This document shows positions 44,360 through 59,629 of a DNA stretch of 64,000 bases, one piece after another; the stretch's first letter is position 1, and every line of letters begins with the position of its first letter. The position numbers and the translations under genes are program-made. The stretch is taken from the NCBI RefSeq assembly GCF_009914755.1, contig NC_060936.1. The stretch is one strand, 5' to 3'. Source of the DNA: the human T2T-CHM13v2.0 reference genome, Homo sapiens. Below the pieces are notes generated by a model. That model worked only from the letters and a program-made list of their open reading frames with translations, ran no database searches and had not been told where the DNA came from.

Positions 44360-45046
44360 CCCAGCACAATTTATTGAATATAAAGTCTTTTTCCCATTGC
44401 TTGTTTTTGTCAGCTTTGTCAAAGACCAGATGGTTGTAGGTATGCAGCCTTATTTCTGGGCTCTCTATTCTGTTCCATTTGTCTATGTGTCTGTTTTTCT
44501 ACAGGTTCCATACTGTTTTTGTTACTGTAACCCTGTAGCGTAGTTTGAAGTCAGGTAACGTGATGCCTCCAGCTTTGTTCTTTTTGCTTAGGATAGCTTT
44601 GGCTGCTGGGCTCTTTTTTGGTTCCACATGAATTTTAAAATAGTTTTTTTCTAGTTCTGTGAAGAATACTGATAGTAGTTTGATAGCAACAGCAATGAAT
44701 CTGTAAATTGCTTTGGGCAGTATGGCCATTTCAATGATATTGATTCTTCCTATCCATGAGCATGGGAGGTTTTTCCATTTGTCTGCATCTTTTCTGATTT
44801 CTTTGAGCAGTGTTTTATAATTCTCATTATACAGATCTTTCACCTCCCCAGTTAGCTATATTCCTAGGTATCTTTTTTCTTTTTGTGGCAATTGTGAATG
44901 ACACTGATGTGGCTCTTGGCTTGGCTGTTTTTGGTGTATAGGAATGCCACTGATATTTGTATATTGGTTTTGCATCCTTAAACTTTGCTGAACTTACCCA
45001 AAAGTCATTCAGCAGCATGCTGTTTAATTTTCATGTAATTGCATGG

Positions 45047-45308
45047 TTTTGAGGATTTTCTTAGTCTTGACTTCTATTTATATTGCACTGTGGTCCAAGA
45101 GCATGTTTGGTATGATTTTGGTTCGTTTGCATTTGCTGAGGATTGTTTTATATCCAATTATGTGATTGCTTTCAGAATTTTGAGGATTTTCTTAGTCTTG
45201 ACTTCTATTTGTATTGCACTGTGGTCCAAGAGCGTGTTTGGTATGATTTTGGTTCGTTTGCATTTGCTAAGGATTGTTTTATATCCAATTATGTGATTGC
45301 TTTCGGAG
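45047..45308. repeat. 131-bp tandem duplication inside the L1 endonuclease region
   Basis: 45047-45177 is repeated at 45178-45308 with 4-5 substitutions. Confidence 0.95.
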
Positions 45309-45862
45309 TATGTTCCATGTGGAGATAAGAAGAATGTATATTCAGTTGTTTTAAGGTGGAAAGTTCCATAGAGGCCTGTCAGATCCATTTGATCTAATGT
45401 TGAGTTCAGGTCCTGAATATCTTTAACTTTCTGCCTTGATGACTTGTCTAATACTGTCAGTGGAGTGTTGAAGTCTCCCACTATTATCGTGCGGGAGTTT
45501 ACATCTTTTTGTAGATTTCTAAGAACTTGCTTGATAAATCTGGGTGCTCCTGTGTTGGGTGCATATAAATTTAGGATAGTTAGGTCTTGCTCGATTGAAC
45601 CCTTTACTAGTAATGCCCTTCTTTTTTTTTTTAATCTTTGTTGGTTTGAAGTCTGTTTTGTCTGAAATTAGGATTCTAACCCCTGGGTTTTTTTTTTTTT
45701 TTTTTTCCGGTTTTCTGTTTGTTTGGTAGATTCTCCTCCATCCCTTTATTTTGAGCCTATGAGTGTCATTACATGTGAGGTGAGTCTTTTGAAGACAGCA
45801 TAGCACTGGGTCTTGCTTTTTTATCCAGTTTGTTGCTCTGTGCCTTTTAAGTGGGGCACTGA

Positions 45863-46384
<522 letters not shown>

Positions 46385-48055
46385 AGAAATGAAATTCTTT
46401 GTTGAACAATTTTTTCTTTAAGTATGTTGTAGGCCCTCCTCAATCTCTTCTGGCTTGTAGGGTTTCAGCTGAGAGATCTGCTGTTAGCCTGATGGGGTTG
46501 CCTTTGCAGATGACCTACCTTTAACATTTTTTCTTTCATTTCAATCTTGGAAAATCTGATGATTATGTGTCTTGGGGATGATCTTCTTGTATAGAGTCTT
46601 TCAGGAGTTCTCTGCATTTCCTGAATTTGACTGTTGGCCTCTCTAGCAAAGCTGGGGAAGTTTTCATGGACAATATCCTGAAATATGTTCTGTAAGTCGT
46701 ATGCTTTCCCTCCCTCCCTTTCAAAGACACCAATGATTCATAGATTTAGCCTCTTTACATAATCCCATACTTCTCGAAGCTTTTGTTCATTCCTTTTAAC
46801 TCTTTTTTATGTTTGTCTATCTTATTTCAGACAGCCAGTCTTCAAGATCTGAGATTCTTTCCTCAGCCTGGTTTATTCTGTTGTTAATACTTGTGATTGC
46901 ACTGTGAAATTCTTATACTGTGTTATTCAGCTCTGTCAGATTAATTAGGTTCTTTTTTATACCAGCAATTTTGTCCTTCAATTCCTGTATTGTTTTATTG
47001 TGATTCTTAGTTTCCTTGGATTGGATTTTTCTGTACTCCTGAATCTCAATGATATTCATTCCTATCCACGTTCTGAATTCTACTTCTGTCATTTCAGCCA
47101 GTTCAGCCTTGGTAAGAATTCTTGTTGCAGAAGTGGTACAGTCACTCGCAGGACACTCTGGCCATTTACTGGAGTTCTTGAGTTACTGGAGTTCTTGTAT
47201 TGGTTCTTTCTCATCTCTGCATATGGGTGTTCCTTTAACTGTAGTGTAGATTAAGTAGTCAATAGACTTCTCTTTCAGACATTTTCACAGGGCCAAGGCT
47301 TTGTGCAGGATCTTTATTTCATGGAAGCTGATTTCTTATCTTTGGTTTCAGAGGGGTATGTTAGAGAGGTATTTTTGGTGTTGAAGTTGTGGACTGCGAT
47401 CCAGCAGGTGGCACTCAGGTGTACTGGTCAGTTGGTAGAATCTTGCTCGGATGGGTGGCTCCGCAATTTCCTCACAATTGCAGCCACGTTCCCTCTCAAC
47501 ACTCTGAAAGTATAGGTATAGATTCCTCTTCCCCTTGAGTGCTGGTTGTAGATTGCAGCTTTGCACTCCTGGGCTGCCCACTGCAGTTCTGGGGTAATCT
47601 CAGTGTTTATGTTCCTTCCTCAACAAATTCCCTGAGCAGGGGAGGTTCCCCTGCCTCTGTGTCGCTTCTGGGTGGGCCTTCATCCTGTCTTGCTTTTCTC
47701 CATTCTCCATGGGTAGAGTTGTTTCCTTGATTAGTCTTGATGCATGTACTTGGATGATTCAGCTATTAACTCACCCCTTCCATTCCTCCCTGTGAGAGCC
47801 ACACATATTAGCTGCTTCTAGTCAGCCATCTTGGTGACCCCCCCACTCCCACAATGTGTTCTACAATTAAGAAATATACTTCTAAATAACCTATGGATTG
47901 AAGAAGTAATCACAGTGGCAATTAAAAACATCAAAATATTAGCGAAATGATAATGAAATACTATAAGAACTGAGGTATGCAAAGAAAATGCATAGCTATA
48001 AAAGACAGGAAAATCAAACGGCTAATCATCCATTTCAAAAAATCTGAAAAAGCAG

Positions 48056-48494
48056 TGGAGAAGTTCAGGATTGCCACCCCAAAATACACTGCTATGGAAT
48101 ATTGATTATTTTGAGCTAAAGGTACTCTGACCTTCCTTTTTCTTCCTGAAAGCAGGAGATGAAACTCCCATGTGAAAAGTGCCCTCCTTGTGCCAGAGGA
48201 AAGAAAGACATTTTTAACACCAGGGATGAAAAATCAAGACCAAGAGAAATCTGCACACATAAACCTTAATAAACTAACCTTACCTTCCTAGCCTCTTCTC
48301 CACAATTAACTGTTCTAGTCAAAACTCCATATTCTTGTCACATTTTCACAATCTGATGCTCTTTGTGCTTCCTCGTATTATAAGTATTCAGCTCTAACTG
48401 CTTTTTTGTGTCTTTGTTTTTCTGGCATAAGACAGACTAACCAGAGAAAAGCGTATGACCCTAGAAGGGTGGAGGAAAACTTTGCCTCCCTAAA
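48056..48494 (+). mobile_element. MER34/MER39-like ERV1 LTR
   Basis: gccaccccaaaatac...tgattattttgagctaaagg...cctgaaagcaggagat...ctagaagggtggaggaaaac. Confidence 0.6.
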
Positions 48495-48741
48495 GCAGCA
48501 AATTAAACCCCAAAAAAGTAAAAGAAAGGACACAAAGAGCAGTAATAAATGTCAAAGAACACTAAAACACAAAAGAGAAAAAGCCAAAAGTTAGTTCTTT
48601 GAAAAGAATACAATTAATGAATACCAAGTGAGATTTAAAAAAGGTAAAAACAGACAGCAGAAATAACCAATAATATGGTTGATGAAGGAAACATAACAAA
48701 TCCTCTCAACATTATGCCATCAATGTCAATGTCCCATTTCT

Positions 48742-48744
48742 TTC

Positions 48745-48775
<31 letters not shown>

Positions 48776-49055
48776 GAGATGGAGACTAGCTCTGTTGTTC
48801 AGGCTGGAGTGCAGTGGCGCAGTATCGGCTCACCACAACCTCCACCTCCTGGGTTCAAGTGATTCTCCTGTCTCGCCTCCTGAGTAGCTGGGATTACAGC
48901 GTTATGTCACAGTGCCCAGCTAATTTTTGTATTTTTAGTAGCGATGGGGTTTCACCATGTTAGCCAGCCTGGTCTCGAACTCCTGACCTCAAGTGATCTG
49001 CCTGCCTCAGCCTCCCAAAGTGCTGGGATTACAGGCATGAGCCATCACGCCGGCC
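48742..49055 (-). mobile_element. AluS
   Basis: Reverse dimer; TSD caatgtcccatttct / caatgttccatttct. Confidence 0.95.
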
Positions 49056-49539
49056 CAATGTTCCATTTCTTGATCTCATGGGTGCTTATATAAGGGTTGG
49101 CTTTGTGATGACACACCAAACTCCATATTTATGTATTGTACACATGTTTAAATATGTTCTCTTTACAATTAAAAAATGTAATCATTCTATAGCAAAAATA
49201 AACAAGAGGTGGGGGGTGTGGAGGTAAGAGGCCTTTTAGAGGACTCAAACTCCAAAAAATTTCAGACAAGGTCCTGAAAAACTTTTTATTACCTACTGTA
49301 AAGAAATTTTTAATTATAAAGATAAACTAATAGTGTTTCATCAACTGTGGTTTCACCATCTATGACTAATATTAAACATAAATGTTTATTAATGTATTCA
49401 TTAATAAGTTTATTTTAAGAATGGTAACTAATATCTCGTACATATATATAAAAAACAGGCTATAATTTGCTAAAATAGATGACAATGATAAATTTTAAAT
49501 ACTTGGCTTTAAGAGCCTAAAAAAATCAAAATTCCGTTA

Positions 49540-51914
49540 TGTACTAGTCCAGTTTTGCATTGCTATGAAGAAATGAGGCTGGGTAATTTATAAAGAAAAA
49601 AGGGTTAATTGGGTTCATAGTTCTACCGGTGATACAGAAGCATGGCTCTGGCATCTGCTCAGCTTCTGATGAGGCTTCACTGAGCTTTTACTCATGGTGG
49701 AAAGCAAAGTGGGAATGGGCGCATCACATGGCAAGAGTAGGAGCAAGAGAGAGAGGTGGGGAGGTGCCATACTCTTTCAAACAACCAGGTCTCATGTGAA
49801 CTCAGAGCAAGAGCTCTCATTACCTAGGAGTGATTGGCCCCCATAATCCCATACTTCCCACCAGGCCCTACTGCCAACATTGGAGATCACATTTCAACAT
49901 GAGATGTGGAGGGGACAAACATCTAAACCATATCATTCTGCTGGCGCCACTAATCTCATGTTCTACTCACACTGCAAAATACAATCATCCCTTCCCAATA
50001 GTCTCCCAAAGTCTTAAGTCATGCTGGCATCAACTCAATGAAAAGTCTGAAGTCTTATCCAAGACTCAAGTCAAATTCCTTCCACCTATGAGCCTGTAAA
50101 ATCAAAACAAGTAACTTGATAGATCAAAACAAGATACATTGGTGGTTCAGGTATTAATCAGCCAAAAGAAAGGGGCAACAGGCCACAAGCAAGTCCAAAA
50201 CCCAGCAGGGCAGACATTAAACCTTAAAACTCCAACATAATCCTTGACTTCATGTCCAGCAACCTTGTGTGAGGGGTGGGCTCCCAAGGCCTTGGGCAGC
50301 TCTACCACTGTGGCTTTGCAGGGTACAGCTCCCATGGCTGCTCTCACAGGTTGGACTTGAGTGCCTGCAGCTTTTCCAGGCTCAGGGTACAAGCTAACAG
50401 TAGATCTACCATTCTGGGGTCTGGAGGGTGGTGGCCCACTTTCCATAGTTCCACTAGGCAGTGCCCTAGAGGGGACTCTGTGTGGGAACTCCAACCCCAC
50501 ATTTCCCCTCCACACTGCCCTAGTAGAGGTTCTCTGTGAGGGCTCCACCCCTGAGGCAGGCTTAGCCTGGGCACCCAGGCTTTCTCATACATCCTCTAAA
50601 ATCGAGGGGGAAGCTGCCAAGCCTCCTTTATACTTGCCCTCTTAACACCACATGGAAGCCACTAAAGCTTATGGCTTGCACCCTCCAAAGAAGCAGCCCA
50701 AGCTGTACCTGGGCCCCTTTGAGCCGAGGCTGGAGCTGGAGCAGCTAGAATGTGGGGAGGAGTGTCCTGATGCTAAGCAGGACAGTGGCACCCTGGGACA
50801 GGTCCCTGAAACCATTCTTCCCTTCCAGGCCTCTGGGCCTGTGATGGGAGAGGCTGCTTCTAAGATCTCTGGAAAAGGCTTTCAAGGTCTTTTTCCCATT
50901 GTCTTGGATATTAGCACTTGGCTCCCTTTTAGTCATGCTAATCACTCTAGCAAGTGGTTGCTCCACTGCCTGCTTGGATTCTTTCTCTATCACAGGGACA
51001 AACTCTAAATTTTCCGAATTTTTATGCTCTGCTACCCTTTAAGATAAGTTCCAACTTTAAGTTATTTGTTTGTTCCTGTACCTGATCACAGGCTGCCAGA
51101 AGCAGCCAAGCCATGTCTTGAATGCTTAGAAATGTCTTCCACCAGATACCTTAAGTCATTACTCTTAAGTTCGACCTTCCACAGAACCCTAGGATTTGGA
51201 CACAATGCAGCCAGGCTCTTTCTTTGCTGGGGTGCAAAAGGGTGACCTTTACTCCAGTCCCCAACAAGTTCCTCATTTCCATCTGAGACCTCATCAGGCT
51301 AGCCTTCACTGTCCATATTTCTATCAGTATTTTGGTCACAACCGTTTATCCAGTATCTAAGAAATTCCAAACTTTCCCCCGTCTTCCTGTCTTCTTCTGA
51401 GCCCACCAAACACTTCCAATCACAGCCCATTACCCAGTTCCAAAGCTACTTCCACATCTTCAGGTATCTTTACAGCAACGCCCCACTCCTCAGTACCAAT
51501 TTTTTGTATTATACTGTTCTTGCAGTGCTATAAATACATACCTGAATCTGGGTAATTTATAAAGAAAATATGTTTATTTTGGCTCATGGTCCCGCAGGCT
51601 GCACAGGAAGAATGGTGACCACATCCGCTTTTGGTGAGGGCCTCAGGAAGGTTACATCATGGGGAAGGTGAAGGGGAGCAGCATATCACATGGTGAGTAA
51701 GGGAACGGGTTAGGGGGAATGTCCCAGACTCTTTTAAACAACCAAATCTGCATGAACTGAGCAAGAACTCACTCATCACCAAGGAGATGGCGCTAAACCA
51801 TTCATGAGGAATCTGCCCCCGTGATCCAATCACTTTCTACCAGGCTCCACTTCCAACAGTGGGAATCACATTTCAACATGAGATTTGGAGGGTACAAACA
51901 TCCAAACCATATCA
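49540..51914 (-). mobile_element. MST (MaLR) element with two LTRs (49540-49935, 51505-51914) and internal sequence
   Basis: Both LTRs end catttcaacatgagat..ggaggg.acaaacatc.aaaccatatca. The internal part has typical MaLR-int text (ggctcccaaggccttgggcagctc). Confidence 0.88.
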
Positions 51915-53259
51915 GTACAGAAGGAGCTTATTTAGTAAAACCACCAGAAACAAGAACAGCAGTTTCCCCTCTCACCTACCTCCCACAAACCCTCCTATAA
52001 AATATCTCAGAGACCAGAGATTATAACAACTTTGAATAAAAGGCTACAAAACCCAAAATAATGGTAACTTAATTGTTTTGAAAAGCTTTGTTATAACTTG
52101 CACAAATATTCTAAATGCCTTTACGTGAATGAACTTAAAAATGTATATTGATATCACGCTAGTTCCTTTAAAAAACAAAAAAGAAAGAAAGAAACAAGAG
52201 AATATGGACTCCATTTCTTCTCTAGTGCAGAGTTCTTTCTTCCTTGGCATGCAAAGTACTTCCAGTACAGAACTGGTCACACTGTATTTCTAAATATTTG
52301 TTTATCTATCTGCCTCCCCCCATTAGATCCAAGGCTCCATAAGGAAAATCAGTTTACACAAATTAATGTGAGCCTGGTATGGGTCAAGCACTACACTACT
52401 TTCTGGAGAATCAAAGTGTACAACACACACATGATTTATGACCTCATGGACCTTACATGAGGTTACAGGATGCTTCTCATAGGAAGTGATGTTTAAGTTG
52501 AGACCTAAAGGTTAACTGGCAGTTAGCCAAACAAAGTATGGCAAGAAACATATTCCAAGCAGAGAATACAAGTAAGTCATAAGGTGGAAGGTCACTCCTA
52601 TATTCTTTATTTCCACTAGCACTACACATTGCATAGTAAATGTGTTCCATCAGAGATAATGAGATGATGGGGAAAGAAAGGTGTGACAAGACGGAGGAAT
52701 GAAAGAAAAAAAAATTAAGTCAATATAGGAGCAGGCCTATTATATCCAAGTTTGTGTGTTTTAGATTGACAATTTGCATTTAAATATGCTATTTAATTAG
52801 GCCTTTATAAAAATGAAAAATAACCACTAATCAAGGGTCCACCCAATAGTTGCTTCCCATGATGCTCTAAAGTACTGTGGAAGAGAAGCAATTTGAGCAG
52901 GTAAAATTTTGACATTCTTCTGCTCTACAAGAAAGTGCTCAAAAGAATAATGTATCAGAAAGAGCAAAGTATCTATTTCCATCACCTTACTTATCCAGCC
53001 ATTTTCTTCCTAAAAGCACTTCTTATATTTTAAGAATCCAACAGCAGGGTCCAAATCTTTCTTACACCCACTAACTCACCACTCAGCATAGTGTGAATAA
53101 TAATACTCTCAACTGTTCAAAACACATACCTTGGGTTTCCACAACAGTCAAAACTCAATTCCTAATTATGCAAACATATTGTGACTATAAAGGGGCGTAA
53201 ATAACAAGACTAATGTTTCTCCCTACCAAAATAAGTGTATTAAAAAGTGATGTATGCTA

Positions 53260-53915
53260 CGTGGAGAAACCGGAACTTGTGTGCCCTGCAGGTGGGAATG
53301 TAAAATGGTACAGCCACTGCGGAAAACAGTATGACGGTTCCTCAAAAGATTAAAAAACAGAATTACTATATGATCCAGCAATTCCACTTCTAGGTAAGTA
53401 AACAAAAGAAATGAAAGTAGAGTCTTGAAGAGACATTTGTACACCCATGTTCACAGCAGAATTATTCACAATAACTAAAATGTGGAAACAACCCATCAAC
53501 AAATGAAGGCACAAGCAAAATGTGGTATATACATACAATGGAATATTGTTCAGCCTTTAAAAGGAAGGAGATTCTGACATATGCTACACCATGAATAGAC
53601 ATTGAGGACATTATGCTAAGTGAAATAAGCCAGTCACAAAATGGCAAATACTCTATGATTCCACTTTTATGATGTATCTACAATAGCCAAAATTGTAGAG
53701 ACAGAAAGTGGAATGATGATCGCCAGGGGACAGGGGGAGGAGAGAATGGAGAGTTATTGTTTAATGGACATACAGTTTCAATTCTGCAAGACGAAGAGTT
53801 CTGGAAATGGATGATACTGATGTTTATACAATATAAATGTACACAATACCAATGAACTTTATACTAAAGAAGGGTTAAGATGATTTAAGATGATTTATTT
53901 TACCATAATAAAATA
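53260..53915 (+). mobile_element. L1MB 3' end
   Basis: gggaatgtaaaatggtacagccac...atatgatccagcaattccacttct...tgctaagtgaaataagccagtcaca. Confidence 0.85.
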
Positions 53916-54275
53916 ATTGGGGAAAAAAGTAAATTTTTTGTCTGGAAATACACAATTAGAGATCAAACTGAGGACATATTAACTTGCCTCAAACACAACA
54001 AATTGGTCTGGTGACATTTAGAATGAAATCAATTGTAATACTGTGATCCCCTTCCATGATGTGCTGATTATTCACACTGAGTCACTTAAAAATTAATGCT
54101 CTCATCTCATTTGTGAATAAATGAACCTGTCTTTCCTTCTAATAGGTTAATCTTTGAAGTAAAATAGACTACAAGGACAACTCATGAATTAACTAGTTCT
54201 AGAACTCAAAGTTTTAAAAGAGAAAAAAAGTTCTTCAATAAAATCCAAAAAATGAAAAAAAAAAAAGTGATATGA

Positions 54276-54732
54276 TGCTATGGTTTAGATATAGTTTGCC
54301 TGTCCCTACCAAATCCCATTTTGAAATTTGATCCCTAGTGTGGTGGTGTTGAGAGGTGGTCCTGGTGGGAGGTGTTAGGATCATGGGGGCAGATTCTTCA
54401 TGAATGTCTTGGTGCCATTCTCTCAGTAATGAGTTCTCACTCTGGCAAGATGGGATGAGTTCTCAAGGGAATAAGTCAGTTCCCAGTAAAGTGGGTTGCT
54501 ATAAAGCCAGGACACCCTTTAGGTTTGGTATCTCTTCACATGTGCCTGCTTTCCCTTTGACCTTCTCTGTCATGTTCTGATGTGGCACCAAAGTTCTCAC
54601 CAGAAGCTGAGCAGATGTCAATGCCATGCTTCCTGTGCAGCCTGAAGAATAATGAGCTAAACAAACCTCTTTTCTTTATAAATCACCCAGCCTCAAGCAT
54701 TATTTTACAGAAACACAAAATGAACTAAGACA
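54276..54732 (+). mobile_element. Solo MST-type MaLR LTR
   Basis: tgctatggttt...gaactaagaca; perfect 5-bp TSD tatga. Confidence 0.85.
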
Positions 54733-54798
54733 TATGATAAATAGACAAGGTCCTAAGCCAATAGTGTTAAAAGTACTAAAATATAGTAAATTCCTATA

Positions 54799-55080
54799 TT
54801 TATTTATTTAGAGGCAAGATGTCACTGTCACCCAGATTGGAGTGCAATGGTGTGATCTCAGCTCACTGTGAATGAGCTCAAGTGATCTTCCTACCTCAGC
54901 CTCCCAAGTAGCTGCGACTACAGGCGCATACCACCACGCCTGGCTAATTTTTGTATTTTTTGTAGAGACGGGGTCTTGCCCTGTTTCCCCAGCTAGTCCT
55001 GAACTCCTGGGATAAAGTGATCTGTCCGCCTCAGCTTCCCAAAGTGATAGGATTACAGGCATGAGCCACCATGCCCAGCC
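54799..55080 (-). mobile_element. AluJ with a short internal deletion
   Basis: Reverse dimer; flanking repeat ttcctat. Confidence 0.88.
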
Positions 55081-55390
55081 AGGTTCCTATCTAGAGTTTC
55101 CAGTAAGAAATTGTTATTTCTACTGTGTTAACCTGTATTATCTGCTCAAAAATTAACCATAAACTTATTTTTATATTTTTTAGAGGAAAACAAAATTTAA
55201 AGGAGAGTAGGGAAGGAAAGTTTACTGTTTTGTTCTTTCCACATTTCTAAAGTATTCTTCTTCCCTGAAACCAAGGCTAATGGAAGAATAAGGGTGGAGT
55301 TCACAGAGAATGTAGCAGCTATCCATAGAGTCAAAGGGAAAATTTAGAGCACTTAAACAACAGGTATTTTATAAAAAGTCAATTCCTCAC

Positions 55391-55777
55391 TGCTATGAAC
55401 TTGAATATTTATGTCCTCTCCAGTATTTGTATCTTCTCCAAGATTCACATGCTGAAATCCTAATCCCCAATGTGATGACATGTGGAGATAGGGCCTTGGG
55501 GAGGTAATCATGTCATGAGGGTGGAGCCCTCATGCTGGGATTAGTGCCCTTATAAGAAGAGATACAAGAGAGCTTGCTTCCCCTCTGTTTCCACCATGTG
55601 AGGACTCAGCAAGATGACACCTGTCTGCAAGCCAGGAAGACAGCCCTCACTGGAACCTGACCATGCTGGCACCCTGCTCTCAGACTTTCCAGCCCCCAGA
55701 ACTGTAGAAAATAAATGTGTTGTTTAAGCCATCTAGTCTACAGTATTTTATTACAGCAGCCCAAGCAGACTTAGACA
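55391..55777 (+). mobile_element. MLT1A-type MaLR LTR
   Basis: tgctatg...gaaatcctaatccccaatgtgatg...gattagtgcccttataagaagag...gacttagaca. Confidence 0.82.
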
Positions 55778-56615
55778 TCCATGTACTCACTTCCAAGAAA
55801 AAGAAAACTTAAATAGCAATATAACTCTTCATTTAACTCAAAAAACAAAGAAATTATGAATATGACAAATCTTCTCAATGGCAAAGCATAACTTCCCTTT
55901 AAAAGACTATGATGACTATAAAACAATATGGAAAAGAGATTATGATACGTTAACTTTTTTAGAAAACAAAATACAGTATATAAGTACTATGAATTAGAAT
56001 CATTTATAGTACATACATAAACAAAGAATGAAGGAAAGAGAAAAAATGGCACTAAGATGAATGAATGAATCCTTTAATGTTGTTAACAGACTGTTCTCAT
56101 AATAAATAAAATTGGAGCTAAATAAGATATAGGAATAAAAATGTCCATAAGCACCAAACTATAACCCTAAATTAAAAACTGTCTATGAAAGCAATATAAT
56201 AGCAGGCACAAAAATTTCATAGAAAAAACTATGTACAAATTTAAATCTTAGAAGATTATAAGTTATTTGTTAGGAGGTGATAATTTCAACTCTGCTGGCC
56301 TTTTAGCATCCTATAACTACTGACAGTACAACTAAAAATTTAACTTGGAAAACCAAATAAGAGTAGTAAGAGCAATTAAATTTTTTTTTAAATGGCAGGG
56401 CCTTTCCCAAATGTTTTCCATACACCATCACTGATCTTCACACAAATCCTGAAAAACGGGTATAATAATTGGAAAGTGTTGCTTTTGTTTTAAAAACAAA
56501 GAAAGGACAACCAGGTATTACACACTTCCTGATACAAAGTATATACCACTGTGAAGTTTTTTTTGGCAAAAAGAAAAAAGAAAAGAAAATCAAAATTAAT
56601 TCATATCAAGACTAG

Positions 56616-56927
<312 letters not shown>

Positions 56928-58515
56928 TAATTACAATTTTAAATGACACACGGTGATCAATTTGCAAACTCCAGGCTGTGGTAAACTACAAAACAACTAG
57001 GCTTCTTTAACAAACTGCAAAGGGGGGTAAAAACAGGAGAAACCTATGGCTTAAAAGATACTTGAGAGGCATACTAACCACTGAGGTGTATAGACCTTGT
57101 TTGAATCCTGATACGAATAAATTTTTAAAAATTTCTCAGAATTATTTGAACATTTGCTGGATATTTTATGTCATTAAGAAATTTTCCTGATATTTTACAG
57201 GATAATATTTATATAAAGTTTATATATGAAAAAGAGTAAACAGAAAAATATACACATAAAGTAACACAATCTCTGAAGGTCTTTTTAAAAAAGTGAGGAA
57301 AAGGAATATGTGATATTTTTACCAAATATTTATTTGACATGACCATTACTTATGTAATAAGTCAAAGAATGTTCAAAACTAAATGTGAGGTTAATTACTG
57401 GTGTGTGACACAGAATATAAGTAATTTGAGGGAAGAGCAATATTCATTATGCATAAATGGTAACACTGTAGATACATATGCTCTTAACTGATAATTGATC
57501 TATTTGAACTTTAAAACGTCTACTCTCAAATTGGGGGGAAAAAACTTAAGACTACAACAAAATTAACTGCAGATCAAATATGACAAATATTTTAACTTTG
57601 AATTATTGGACAGAGGAACTGAAAATTGAATATTTACCTAATACATGAAGAAATAACTTATCTTTGAGGGAGTATAAAAAATAAAAGAAAAATGTCCCCA
57701 AATGTAATAACATTTTAAACATTTACAAAAATAAAAAAACAAAGGGAAAACTACAAAGGTAAAAACTGTAATGTACAAAGAACCCATTCAATTATGTAAG
57801 ATATTAAGACTTCATTTATTTCACTGAACTAGTATTTTTGAATACCTACTACGTGCCAACCATTGTGCTAGGTGCTTATCCCTGAAGGGAGAGTTACTAC
57901 AAGGGAGCACAGGAGAGCCTACTGGGGTGCTGGAAATAGTCTATATCTTCACTTGAATAGTGGTTACTTGGATATATACATAGGTAAGAGTTGTGGACTT
58001 CAGTGTAAGTTGTACATGAAAAGTTCATTTGTGTTGCTTTCCACTTCTGCTAACTGTTCTTATACACACTATTTCAATTTTAATTCACAGAACCTTGAAA
58101 CAAATTTCTACATAGAGTATTACATGTCGTCTTATGACAGACGTTTTAAACAATCCAGGAGGAGAAAACAGATGTATACATTTAAAAAAAGTTTCCATTA
58201 ATAGAAAATAATTACATCAGTGGGTTCTATTTATTGATATATATATCACAAAAGTATTAATTGAACGTTTTTCAAATGTTTATTTCTCCATCAGCCACAT
58301 ACTTTAATTATGCCGCCAGTTATGAATTTAATGATTTTCCCCCATATCAACATTTCTCAGTAGTCAGTGTACCAATTTCATAATTTTTGCTATGCACTAC
58401 TAGTATACAGTTACTTAATTTTTTTTTACTGGCCTTTAACTTTGATTAGCCTCAACTAATAAAATCCATGAATTTACTGGCTTAAGTCAAAAGCTGCATA
58501 TTTTCTAATATATAA

Positions 58516-58892
<377 letters not shown>

Positions 58893-59629
58893 AGTAAATC
58901 TCATTTTTAAGTCCAGAGCTCTATTGAGAACTAAGTGTGAACCACTTTACACCTCTGGACCTCAGTTTCCTCATAAGTAAAATTATGAGGCTAAAATGTC
59001 AATTACTGACACTCATTAAAATTCTAATATTCTACAATCTAACAGCCAGCAGTTTTACCTGCTGTCTATATATTGCTGACATAATCACTGCAATGCAAAA
59101 GAATGTAAGGTATACGGTACCACCTCAACTTTAAGGTCCATATTAGGACCTGTCTTTAGAGTAATAAATTAAGGAGGGTGGTGGGCCGGGGTGGGGGGGG
59201 ATTGTGCAACATGAGGCAACTTACAATAACTACAACCAATCAATAAAGTACATTAATTACAGTTTTCTAAGGTTTTTCAACTTCAATTAAAACCCTTTGA
59301 TCCTACCTAATCAGGAAAAAGTCAGCTCTTCAAAAGAAAAATCAGTTCAAGTAGGAAACCAAAACAATATGTTAAACATTTTATTACAACTGAAATATAC
59401 ATATATCTCCAATCTTTTGATGGAAAGCCTTATCATCGAGTATAAATCTGTCAATTAGAATTACATATCTTCCTTGTTTAAACCACAGCTATAATACATG
59501 GGTCTGAGAGCTCTACGGGTAGTTCTTTAAAGTGAAGCAAAATTTAAAACATTTGTAAAGCCATCAGTTTGGAGAATCCTACATGTTCCAATTACTTTCC
59601 TACCTTTTCTAGTTATCGAATTATCTTAT

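Noticed and set aside
50147-51008. Cluster of overlapping 80-130 aa ORFs
   Set aside because: GC-richer MaLR internal sequence readily gives chance ORFs.
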